From Pocillopora damicornis (Eukaryota): DNA of 64,000 bases. The DNA lies in contig NW_020846747.1 in assembly GCF_003704095.1 (NCBI RefSeq), positions 682,001-746,000 of the forward strand. The letters are read 5' to 3'. Position 1 is the stretch's first letter. Each line of letters starts with the position of its first letter. This document shows positions 24,801 to 37,200 of this stretch, piece after piece. Both the position numbers and the translations under genes were made by a program. A model generated the notes under the pieces. That model was not told the origin of the DNA, did not search any database, and saw only the letters and a list, made by a program, of their open reading frames with translations.

Positions 24801-27800
24801 CAAAAGCCTCACCATTTTGCTATCCAAGCTCACTCAATTCTGTCTGTTGTTCCAGTTTTGAGCAAACTAAGGAATTCTAGGTATTCTCATCAAGACACAA
24901 CAAACTTGTTTGTGCATTTTAGATAATTCCTACACCTGCAGCTTTTGCTTAGATGGGCAGGCAATGATGGAAAATGCCTCAGATCACTTAGTCTCTTGTT
25001 TTGTTTGATCCTTAGTTGTAAATGCTGCATTACGGTTTTATAACAGCACAACTGTAATATCTGGTAAAAAAGACCAATCGCCTGTTAAAAAACAGGTAAC
25101 AAAAACCTTGAATGTGACAACTGACCCCGAGGAAAAGAGGAGAATCATAGGAGACACATTCATCAAGGTCAGTCTCTTTCGACATGTCTTAATTTGTTGT
25201 GATGCGCAGCTTATTTGGGAGTGGGGTTTATTGGATGGCGGGGGGGGATGTTTCAAAAGAGGTTGGGGTTTAAAAAAATCATTGAGATCCGCAATATTTA
25301 CAAACTATCATGAACCCTTTTGCAGTATACAGAATTTCTTGCTAGGAAAACCCAAACTATCCAAATTACAGGCTTCCAATAATTCCTCTTTAGGGAAAAT
25401 ATCAGTTTATGGAGCATTTCATTTGACATGTGCTATGGCTTGTTCCTCTGTGTTATGTTTGTGTTATCAACATACTCAGCAGTCAGTGCACTTCACTTTT
25501 CGACATTGAAAAAGAGCATACTTTTATTTAAGTTTCAGAACGCAACTGAATAGTCATGAATCTTAATAATGATGCATTTGATTTCAGGTTGCCAATGAAG
25601 TATGCAAGGAGTTAAACCTTGATGAGACCAATACGTACTTAGCACAAGGTTAGCAGTACAATGTACTTGTTAACCCTTTGGTTGCAAAGTTTGAAATTGT
25701 TTTATTGATATACGTTTTGTTCAGCGTTGTTCTTTCGTCTACTGCCGTGAAGTCACGACCGAATAATTTAAACATATTTTGACAGCTATGGAGCTCCGCT
25801 GTTGAGTGAACGCTTTCAACCGTAGTAATGCAGACAGCTCTTTACATTAGACACTGGCGGCAATTCCACAGAATTTGCCATGGTTTTTAAATGGTTTCAT
25901 CTTTTTGTTTGTTTGTGTTTTCAATAATAATGATCTACAGGTACTCTTCGACCTGACCTTATTGAAAGTGCTTCATCACTGGCCAGTAACAAGGCAGATG
26001 CCATCAAAACTCACCATAATGATACAGACTTTGTTAGAAGTTTGCGCGCACAGGTGAGGTGGAGCCCACATAGCTTTCTTACGTGATGATCAGTTGAGTA
26101 GAAAGTTCTTACGTTGACCGTTGTGCTCAGTTGTCGGTGAAGTCAGGACTGTTACCTTTGCCTCTCTCCCAAAATCTGGTGTTGAAGTGTGGGGTTTCAG
26201 GGGGTGCTGGTGCCCATTCCACCGTCCAAAACCGCCAGAGAAAGAACCGGAAGTGGCCGCGACAGCCTGGCCAGACGCCCTTTGGGCTTTAGCTCTAATT
26301 GTACGGGTTCGAACCCCGTTGGAGTCTATGTTTTTTGGAGGCTTCTTTTTCTAAAGTTTTCGTTCACATGTTAGTTGCAGTTGGTTACTTGCCAATATAC
26401 ATGCAGGACATGTATTTCAAAGTTAATTCCTCCTGTGCATAGGTTCGTAATTGATAGGGCGCGCTGCGAGAGTCTGAATCATTCACAATTACTTTTTTAG
26501 GGAAGAGTCATTGAGCCCCTGGTAGATTTTCACAAAGATGAAGTCAGAGCACTTGGAAGGGAGTTGGGTTTACCAGCAGACATTGTTCAAAGACATCCTT
26601 TCCCTGGCCCTGGTCTGGCTATTCGTATCATATGCGGTGATGAACCTTATCAGGGGAGCGACTTTGCGGAAACAAATATCATCCTGGGACAGATTGTAGA
26701 CTTTGTTACTGCTATTAAGAAGGTGAGCCGTTTACGTTTAAGAATCGTTTGTATCAACCTCGAAGGTTTTAGTACCTGGAGCTCGTATGGCAGGCCTAAA
26801 GTCTGTTCTCGAGAAAAGCACTCAGTATGCATAATCTCCATTCATATTCTCTAAGGCGCTGACGAGGTGGATTTGTGTAACAATTAAGAACTTCTTCAGC
26901 TGGCGATCATTTACTTTATTCTCGTGACCTTTATGTGTGATTCAGGGGTGATATTGTGAGTTGAAATGAGTACAGTTCAAATGAGTTGACTGTTCATTCT
27001 TGATGTATTTTTTAGCCCCATTCGCTCTTCAGTCGGGTGAAACTGAGTACATCAGAAGACGACAGAGAGACCCTTTTGCAGATAACATCAAAATACAAAA
27101 TTGGTGCCACCCTGCTGCCAATAAAATCGGTTGGTGTCCAGGGAGACGGGCGGACCTACAGCTATGTGGTGGCGTTATCGAGCAACGACTCACCCGACTG
27201 GAAATCACTGATGTTCCTCGCTAAACTAATCCCCAAAGTTTGTCATAATATCAACAGGTGATTTTCTTTTACTGTAGTGGCCTTATACCAGGCTCCCCGG
27301 CCGGCAGAGGATGGAGCTAATGACTGGAGAACTGAGCCACAAGAAGTGTCGAAGAATCGAGGAACTGGGAAGGAGTAATTGCAGTACCGTGATGCTGTGA
27401 CGTGATTGGACCTCCCCAGTTTCCCTCTTTTTGTCGCTTTTTTTTCGTCTCGTTCCCTAGTTATTAGCCTTTCCCCACTCTTGGGGTGGAGTTTCTACTA
27501 GCCCCATTATAGCCTATGTTCTACCTTACGAAAGTTCATTTAGGTGATTGTTATTCCAGACATTCGTTTGTGCAGCTGGAAGTATATATAATTTACTCCA
27601 TTAACTCTCTATCATATGGCTTGCAATGACTTCAAAGTTGCAATATTTACTTTTTCTATCGTCTAATTTCTTGCTACGAGGATAATTGTACCTTTTAATA
27701 CAATTTTTAAGTCGGTATTTTTGTAAACGGATTGATTCATTGAAGGCCTCATCTGATGTAGTTGCACATGTAGGTATTCGAGACAAAGAGATTATCTACC

Positions 27801-29734
27801 CCCTTCCCCCACTCCTCCTCCCTCAAGTCATAGAGATTATTCAATGGAATATGCGCTTGTACGGTTTTTATTCGCGAGTTGCGGTGCATAATGAAAACGA
27901 ACGAGTTTGCGCAGCGAACGAGTGAGGGATGCATTACAACTAGTGAAGAAAAAATCGTTCAAGCAATTTTCGTGGTATGATGTTTTTATTTCATACACAG
28001 TTATATTTTTCCTCGCTGACCGGCACATTTCAAAGATTGGAAGCCATTTGTTTCCCTCCTGTGAAGGCGTGACAACAGTTTTGGCAGATTGGGTAACTCT
28101 GACATTCAGATAAGGGGTTTTCTCACGTGAACACTTTTATTCCAACGTTGAGGCTTACAATCTTTTTTTTCTTCATATTTTATTCAGAGTTTGTTACACG
28201 TTCGGCAAGAGAATCAAGTTCCAGATTCAAGACATCACCCCCACATTCTTGTCACCAGGTGTAATAAGCACTTTAAAACAAGCAGACCACGTGGCATATT
28301 CTGTCATTCAAAAACATGGTAAGGAACTGCTGTTGTCCAGTTTGATGTGAAGAGGGGAAAGGCTTTAATAATGGTGTGAACACAGGGGTGGAACGTTTGC
28401 GTTTGTGCGAACGTTGTAATGATTTGTTGTTAGGACCAAAATGTCTCACACAAGTAACAAACAAACGCACGCCAGCGAGACACTGTGTCTTAGAAGTGTG
28501 TAGCTTCTTTGGTAAAGCTTAAAACAAAATAGTAAATATTTGGGAGGGGAGGGTGGGAAGGGACGTCACATAGTCCTCTCCCAAGTACTCAGAGTAGATT
28601 TCTTAAGGTGTTTTTCCAAAGAGATCGCCCCACAAATGAATGGGACAGTTGGAAAATTAAACAAGAATGTTTATTTTATCGTGTATCCATTTTGTTATTT
28701 GAATTTTTTCTCCAGGTATTGCAGACAAAATAAGCCAAATGCCGATTGTTTTGATACCAGTCCACTTCGACCGCGATCCTATCGACCACATTCCATCTTG
28801 TCAGCGGTCTGTTGTGATCAGAACGTTTATCACAAGTGACTTTATGACAGGAGTGCCCGCTACACCTGGGAAGCAAATTCCTATCGAGGTAAGAATCTCA
28901 CTTTATAGAGAGCCTCCAAAACAGGCTTAAATTCTTAGCTATTAAGGCAAGCAGAAGCAGACGCGAGGAGAGCGCGAGTTTAGCGCGTGGAGAATTTTTT
29001 TCGCGTCCCTCCTGTCGCGTGTGACTAGCCTCTTGCATTCGCCTCTCGCTTGTCTGCGCACGCCTGTGGAACGCATGGTTTTTTGGCTATTTTAGAGAGC
29101 GCCTGGTTATATTGAGTGTTGTAAAACTAGACCAAGATAATAATCACAGCCAACCAGTGCGAAGGTGAATATCACGAGAAGCCAGTGAAAACTCTAGGTG
29201 AAAGCAACCGAACTTCCCTATGCGCGAGACGATGCGGGTCGAATGGATTTTTCGACAATGTTCACTGAGCCTGAGGCGACTAATTTTTTTAGTATAATTG
29301 CTCAGGTGCCTTCAAATTCGTTGTAAAGTCTATAAACAAAGAAAGCATTGGGCATATTACGTTACAATTGTGTTTTAACAGGTTTGTCTTATTTAATCAG
29401 CAGAAACATCACATCTTACTTTTGAAAAGTGTTCCGTCGAACTCGGTAGCATGTTTTGTGCTCTTCGCAATTTAATTAATTTAATGCCGGGCAGCCAATG
29501 TGAAATTCAGCACCCCTGCTATAATCACCTCGCGCGAGTTGATTGTAGCGAGATATGGTGCAATCCTCGACCAATCAGAGCGCGCGCATCTCAATCACCA
29601 AGCAATTAATACATTTTATTTCTTTTTCTCAGGTTTTGAATGAAATGGTGGCATCTTTGAAAGAAGTACAAGGAATTTCACGAGTTCTCTATGATTTGAC
29701 TTCCAAGCCTCCAGGAACGACAGAGTGGGAATAG
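18826..29734 (+). CDS. GMPS: GMP synthase (glutamine-hydrolysing), 17 exons
   Basis: Approximate exons: 18826-18966, 20275-20366, 20602-20716, 21129-21226, 22020-22123, 22552-22651, 23044-23136, 23364-23417, 24151-24262, 25016-25167, 25588-25648, 25941-26052, 26501-26722, 27016-27257, 28188-28318, 28716-28888, 29633-29734. Motifs [72 protein letters not shown]. Confidence 0.97.
20801..21003. mobile_element. About 200-bp MITE family with TTAACCCTT...AAGGGTTAA ends (piggyBac-like); representative of 15 or more copies
   Basis: Shared core catcagtatgcatattctcc...ggagaatttg...ggagaaattaga. Related copies near 22152-22362, 22803-23008, 26818-26960, 31045-31255, 40445-40655, 41570-41955, 45234-45444, 49058-49266, 51288-51504, 54385-54598, 57284-57495, 59878-60099, 61425-61617, 63294-63422, 63756-63853. 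Confidence 0.8.
23664..23903. mobile_element. MITE with GGCCCAGTTGTTCAAAG terminal repeat and 3-bp CTG target duplication
   Basis: ctg|ggcccagttgttcaaag ... ctttgagcaacctagcc|ctg; sister copy at 49713-49934. Confidence 0.75.
24295..24552 (+). mobile_element. SINE-like repeat in a GMPS intron
   Basis: Degenerate tRNA-like head (ggtctgggtttaagacc), core gcatcccattcagggaggagt, tail of ttacct repeats. Related reverse copy at about 59330-59630. Confidence 0.5.
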
Positions 29735-31288
29735 AATAGAGGTTTATTCTTTGCTCAGGATAGTGAGATTTTAATTCTCTTTATTTAATATCGAGATTAA
29801 AACCCTTAACATTCAAAGAAGTGTCGCTAGAGTGTAATTGGCCAGACGACAGGTACAGTCAAAATTGTTCTTTTTTCTTAAAAAAATGATTTCGAATTGT
29901 TAAATGTTAACTTATTTCCAAAATTTTCTTTCATTCATTTATTTCTAAAAATGGAAAATTCTATTATTTTCAATAACTCTTTTTTCTTTTTTACAAATCT
30001 AAAACGATTGTCGTAGGTATCAAAATTGACTTCAGAAGGTAACTTCCGCCTAATATATATGAGGGACCTTAAGCAGTCAGGACGGCAACGCCAAGGAAGA
30101 TTTCGATTAAAAAATGGATTTCTGCCTTTAATTAGAATTTCAAAAACAGCTGCATGTGTTTACCGTCTCCTACAGCGCCACACCTCAATTTCAGCACAAC
30201 GTATAAAAGAAGCGTTGAGTTCCGAATGGAAATTAAAATAATTTGCCGTCGCGGTTTCGGTTCGCAGACGAGCAGATTGTGGTGATTTCATGTTATTGTT
30301 TTGCATGAGACGGCTAGGAAATGTACAAAGTTTTAAAACGCACGTGCTAAGCTATTGTTCTCCCAATTAGATCTTTTGTTTTTCCATGCCCTCGTTGCCG
30401 TCGCGGGTTGCTTAACGTCCCCATTTTAACTTCCGTAAACGTTTGTAAAAGTTGGCCACAGCAATTTGTGGTTAATCTATGTAGGCCACAATGTATTTTC
30501 TCGCGTTCAGCGTGAAGTACAATTTGTTCTGTCATGCCTCTCTACGTTTTACCGATTGGACCAAAATGTGTCACGTTACATGGGTCAAAACTCACCAACT
30601 TCCCAGAGAAGCAACGCACGTGATCAAGTCGGGCATCTTGAAACCTACAAACTTTTTCATTTGCAATTAGGATTTGGATCATTTCTCAATGAAGACATGA
30701 GCTTTAATGGATACGTACATATTTTTTTTCCTAATTTTTGAGTCGGGAGGTATAACATAATGAATGGCTACAGGAAACAGTGAATATATTAAGAGGATCT
30801 CGGTCAAAAATAACTCACTGGTCTCCTTCGGACCAGTTAATAATTGCTTATTGTTCTTTAATGTGGTAAAAAATTCGCATAACGAATCGGTTTGTAATAT
30901 ATAAGTGAAACCACTTGAATAAAAGGCGATTAACCTTGAATATTTCTTTGTGAAACCTCAGCTCTTTAATTCGATTTACTAGTGTTCGAAATTCTCTCGA
31001 ACTCTTTCGAATTTAGTCTGTTTAAGACCTTTTAAGCTTTTTAAAAACCCTTTGACCCTACAGAATGACTAGCATCTAATTTCTCCTTAAAATATCACTC
31101 CTGAATCACACACTAAGGTCATGAGAATAAAGGAAATGATCACCAACTATAGAAGTTCTTGATTCTTAACCTAATTCTCCTTGTTAGCACCCTGGGAAAT
31201 GTCTAGAGAACGGTTTGGAGAATATACATACTGATGTTAGGTTGTAAAGGATGAAAGCGCGGCTCTCCTCTTGTCTGTTACGAGTTAT

Positions 31289-34200
31289 TTACGTTTTGAG
31301 ATGCCTTGTCGCCAGTCTCTCGCTGACAGAGCCTGATGCACAACGTCTGTGACAGTGTTGGAGATATGGGAGGAAAAATCCGAGACATCCGTCGCTTGGT
31401 AACAGCCCCAAGAACTCCCGCGGGGTCACTATTGAACAGAGTTGCTGAAGGGTTCCTGCGTAAGAACAAAAACAACATAGAACCTTGATATCGTTACGTC
31501 ACAAGACCGGACGAAACCATTTCTTTCTGGCCACAAGGCAGACACTTAACTACAGGAAGAAATAGTGGAAAACATTGCAGCGCGTAATAAGCATGCGATA
31601 GCATGTAATTAGTGGCAATAAAACAGGACGGAAAGACATTCAATCTGTAATAAGTATGGTAGAGCATGGAACTGGCTTTTAAGGGCTGGAAAAGTTTAAT
31701 TGGTGATGAGCTAGGGAAAGCATGGCTCTGGCAATGAACGCGAATAAGCATGGTACTGGTAATAAGCGCGGGAAAGCATGGTACTGGTAATATGCGCGGG
31801 AAAGCAGAGTACTGGCAATGAACGCGGATAAGCATGGTACTGGTAATATGCGCGGGAAAGCAGAGTACTAGCAATGAACGCGGACAAGCATGGTACTGGT
31901 AATAAGCGCGGGAAAGCATGGCACTGGTATTGCACGCGGGAAAGCATGGTGCAGTTGATGAGTGTGGGCACTTGATGGGGAATGAAGGGCGGGAAACATT
32001 CACCTACTAACAAACGTGGAAACATTCAGCTGGAGACTGAAGCCAAGTAAGACAAACATTTCAAAATGAGTTACCGAAAGCGAAGTTTGTAAAAACGGTA
32101 CGAAGAACTGCTCAGAAAATCTACTCAGGTGATTTTCAGACCGACTGGACTTAACTGTTTTCTTAAGAAACAAAAAATTAAATGGCTACTTTACTGCACA
32201 TTTGAAGACTTAACTGACACATTCTAACGATAATACACAAGATTTACATTCGCACCTTTCAGGACTGCCATGATGGCTTCTTTTCTTGACTCTGAATCGT
32301 CGCTGTCTGTTTCTTCTTTACACATTTCCAACAAGGTTTGTACCAAAAGTGACCACTGGAGAAAGAAAAACATTCTTATTATCAACATGTTGAAAAAAAG
32401 TAAAAAATACTGACAAGTCTTCGTGATTCCTGATCAAGCTTTAAGTAGAAGGTATTAGGTATTTGAGTTGAAGACAACTATTCATTTTTAGGAGAAGCGT
32501 ACAGGAAAAACACCCCTTCCGTTCCCAACTTACCTTCTCCACGTTCTGACCAAAGTAGTGCATTGCATAAGGTAAAGCTATTAAAGAAAACTCGTCCAAA
32601 ACAATGGCCATAGCCTACAAAGATAAGAAAGAGAAAAGAAAGCTAACGTTATTAGCATCTTGCTAGAAAAATGGCATCTAGGCTAGTAGTGAATCACCTT
32701 CTCCAAACAAATGTTTTCCTTATGCGTCGATCAATTCGAAGCTTCAACATCTCCCCTCCCCTAGGCAACCCACGGGCATTTGACCATTGTTTGTGCCTGG
32801 GGGGTTGGGGAAGTTGGCAAGTCTCTCCAACGGAAAACAAGTGTTATATCTTTAAATATGGGGGAGTTTAAAGTAAATAGTTCACTTTTGCGAGCGAATG
32901 GCGCAATAAAGAAAAGGTCTACACGGTCTTGGTTTTATAGCTTGGTCAATATGTAGAAAATCACGGTCGCTGATTTTGGGTGCCCCACCCAAAATTGGGT
33001 TGGGCATTTAAACACAATTTTTGCCCCCGGGGAGGGGGGAATTTTAACAAACCAAAATCTTCAAAAGTTCAAATTCCCAGAGGTTGCCAGAGGCGGGTGT
33101 TGAAGCTTCGAATTGATCGATATATTACCTCAGCATGTCGCTCCACATGTGGCAGACAAAGAAGCAGGAGAGAGGTTCTTTCCTTTATTATCGCCTGACC
33201 CTCTATTTTGCTCAAGACGAAATCAGCCAACTCACTGCTGACATACTTGGAGCACAAAAGCGCCTGAAATACATAAGTAAATAAAATGAATGAGACAGTG
33301 AAGGAGATTTTATCATAGAGACGCTTTTGACTCAAATTAAAGCCTTCGGTCGTAAAATATGGACTTCCTGAGTGTTACAGAAGAGAAGTATGTTTTACGA
33401 TAGGATGAATAAAATTATGATGCCACCAATGCAACCATTCTGATGCAAGAGGGAGACCAGTCAAGACTTGGTCACGTCATTTTAACGCGCTTGGCGATTG
33501 GCCAGTTATACTTACTTCGACATAGTGTTGTCTACGCCTAGTTGATTGTCACTTATTTGAGGACCACTGTCAATTTGCAGTTGAATGTTAAGAGTTGCTT
33601 CGGTATTGCGTTGATTTTGCTTCACTTCTGTCAGCGAAGAACAAACGATTTTTCAAGAAACCTCGCGCTGACCTGTGTACCAATTAAGTAGTACACCAAA
33701 GCCAAATTTGACTTAGTCACTCGCGCTTTCCGCGCTTCAAGCAGCCTGCTTGATTTTACATGGGCTCCTAGCGATCTTTATCTGCATACGTTAGCCGTTA
33801 ATCTAACTTTCGAGCATATTTTACGTTATTTACGCAAGGGAAATTCACTTTAAAAACGCCACTTAAGCATGCATTCTTACTGTACTTCGTTCTGTGATTG
33901 GCCAGGAAAACTTGCGCCACACTCTCAACCAATTAGATGCCCGGAACACAGCGGTTAGACATCGAGCATGCGCCGGCTGAGCGATAATTTCTCTCGCAAA
34001 ATATCAGAGGAAAACAAGAAACAAGCACTTTCTTGCAAAAAAGCGAAAACGTTAAAATTTTCATACAAATCTGTAAAAAAAGAGACAAAACTAAGAGAGG
34101 GGAAAGCTCGAAACTTTCCAACACAAAGCTTATTCAAGCACAGGTATCCCGATAATTTACTATTCTGTTACTTGTGCGATTGTTTGTAACTCGTGTGAGG

Positions 34201-37200
34201 CAACTTTGTTCTTACAGCCTATTATACTGTGATTTCTCATCGCTTCTAAGCTGTTAACCCTCGCTGTAATTGGCCATTATGATGACTACCGTTCTGTTTT
34301 AACGACACTCAATCGAAAAGTACGCTAAGCTCGCTCCAAATAACAAATCATCCACCTGAATTTTTATCAAATCCTCGTTACAGCAGCAACAGGAACACTC
34401 ATTAGGGCTCGCAGTCGAGTCTACACCACGCTGGACAGAAAGATAAGGACCCTTGCCAGCTGATCGTCGGGAAGAACTGGAAAACCGAGAGGAAGATCGA
34501 GACAGCTGTGGGGAGGCCTGTGGCGAGACCGGCTTCGCGCAAGGGCAGCCTGGGAGTCCGGGGAGACACAGTGCGCCTGTAACACAACAAAATACAACAG
34601 ATCTTATAAGCACATTCCTCACTCGTGGCTAAGAACTGACAAGGAGACCAGTCAACCCCTCCCCTACCCCCCCATCCCCTTACCCCCCCTCCCTTATAAT
34701 GAACAGTCCCTAATTGGGCTACCAATCTTGCGTTGGTTCTCTATAAAGCAGGATAGCTTCATTACCTTCGAAGATTTTTCAGAATTCAGTGACAGGCACC
34801 TTACAAGTAGAGGACCCTGTAACTAAACCAGCAATAGAAGATGAAATAAGTAAACCAAAAAAGCAATTGACTTCCTGACCATTAAAAGGAGACAGCTTGT
34901 CGAGCCACGGGTGTCGAGTTCCAAAATGTCCTTCTCCGTTCGGCTAAAAAGAAAGCGACAAAAGGATTCACGAATATTCTATCTTAGGAACCAGTCATTA
35001 TTTATCNNNNNNNNNNNNNNNNNNNNNNNNNNNNNNNNNNNNNNNNNNNNNNNNNNNNNNNNNNNNNNNNNNNNNNNNNNNNNNNNNNNNNNNNNNNNNN
35101 NNNNNNNNNNNNNNNNNNNNNNNNNNNNNNNNNNNNNNNNNNNNNNNNNNNNNNNNNNNNNNNNNNNNNNNNNNNNNNNNNNNNNNNNNNNNNNNNNNNN
35201 NNNNNNNNNNNNNNNNNNNNNNNNNNNNNNNNNNNNNNNNNNNNNNNNNNNNNNNNNNNNNNNNNNNNNNNNNNNNNNNNNNNNNNNNNNNNNNNNNNNN
35301 NNNNNNNNNNNNNNNNNNNNNNNNNNNNNNNNNNNNNNNNNNNNNNNNNNNNNNNNNNNNNNNNNNNNNNNNNNNNNNNNNNNNNNNNNNNNNNNNNNNN
35401 NNNNNNNNNNNNNNNNNNNNNNNNNNNNNNNNNNNNNNNNNNNNNNNNNNNNNNNNNNNNNNNNNNNNNNNNNNNNNNNNNNNNNNNNNNNNNNNNNNNN
35501 NNNNNNNNNNNNNNNNNNNNNNNNNNNNNNNNNGGTTCGTTTTGTACCAACAAAGGACAATTATATTAAAATGCCACCACAAAAATTTGCTCTTTCCTCT
35601 CCCCACTCTTTCTTCCAGAAGACGCTTTGTGTCCGAAAAAAGTCTCGAGTTTTCCTTTTTCCCTACTTTTGTCTGCTTTTACAATTTTTTTACGAACGTT
35701 TCAAATTATCTTTTTCGCTTATTTGACAAGAGAGTGGTTCTTTCTTCTCTTTACCTACGAAGTTTTGCGCGGGAAAATTGGCGAACGGCCGGCAAAAGTT
35801 GATCCCCTTGCGCATGCGCTATGTTTGACCATTGAGTTGCTTTAAGCCTATCAGTATGTAACATTTGAACGTGCCGATTCGCGCACATCAAACTTACGAT
35901 GTGTTGATGGGATATAGTAGCTTGGCGCCTTCTTTGATTATTACCGATTCTCTCCAGGTAGATCCCAGATAATGGAATCTGAAATATGTAATGTATTACA
36001 AGTATATAAATATGACTAATCAGTGAAATGCGTTTATTTAATACTCGTGTTGTCCCTAACTGACTCATTAGTATAGTCTAAACTAGACTAGAATTGTAGC
36101 CTAAATATACACTATTTTGAAAGCGAGGAGAAGACAAAACTAGACCACACTAAATTAAAATCGACCAAAGGACTTTGCTACACTGTAAACCACACTAAAC
36201 TAGATTGAAGTAAATTGAAACAGACTTGGCTTAACTAACCTGGTGCAGACTAGAATAGATTTGGGTAGACTAGAATAGACTACAGCAGACTTATTCACTC
36301 AACTAGTCCACGACACACTAGGCTAGAATAGGCTAAAGTAAACTCAAGTAGATTAGTCTAGCATAGACAAGGAGTAGACTAATTTGGGCCAGTGTAGATT
36401 AGGCTAGACTAGTTCAGACATAAAGAGGGCAGATAAGAATAATTAGACTAGAAAATAATATGCTGCACTAAACTAGACAGCAAAGACTAGGTTAGAGTAG
36501 TCTGGACTAAAAAGATCATGATAGACTAACTTGACTAGAAAAAACTAGGCTACACTGGACTGGTTAAAAATTACAGAGCCATGCAAAACTAGACTAGAAA
36601 GGACAAGGCTGGACTTAAAAGAAAGAAACGCCTCTGTTCCACTTAACTACACTGCAAAACACTAGTTCACACAAAACTAAAGAAGTTTAGGCTACACTAA
36701 AGAAAAAAGTAGGCTAGATTAAAATAGACCATAAAAGACTGCACCAACCTAAGCTAGACTAGGATAGAATGGGCTATACTAGATTGGGGTAGACTAGGGT
36801 AGACTAAATAAGCTCATAGGATACTTAGCTAAAGTAAACTGGACTACAAGGGACTTGACTAAAGCAAACTAAACTAACAAAACTAGGCTGGTGCTCACTA
36901 GTATAGAAAGACTAGGTAGGTGTAAACTAGAATAGAGAAACTAGGATAGACTAACTACAATAGTTTAGAATAGGAAAGATTAGTAAGTTAACAAATGATG
37001 GACTCATGTAAAAAAAAACTAGATTAAAAAGACTAGGCTCGAGTATACTGGACTAAAAAGACTACAGTGAAATGGGCTACAAAGTCTAGGCAAAGAGTAT
37101 TCATACTTACCACTGTGGCACTAAATGAGTCCAACCTGTTTTGGTCTGAAATGACAGTAAGAAAAAGCTATTGTGTAATTGTATGAATTAGTGCTGATAG

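Noticed and set aside
31494-32025. ORFs with repeated peptides, and a CRISPR-like look
   Set aside because: A 28-bp tandem minisatellite without unique spacers, in a eukaryotic intron.
34911-35726. Long ORFs across N runs (also 12947-13284 and 53956-54368)
   Set aside because: Gap artefacts.
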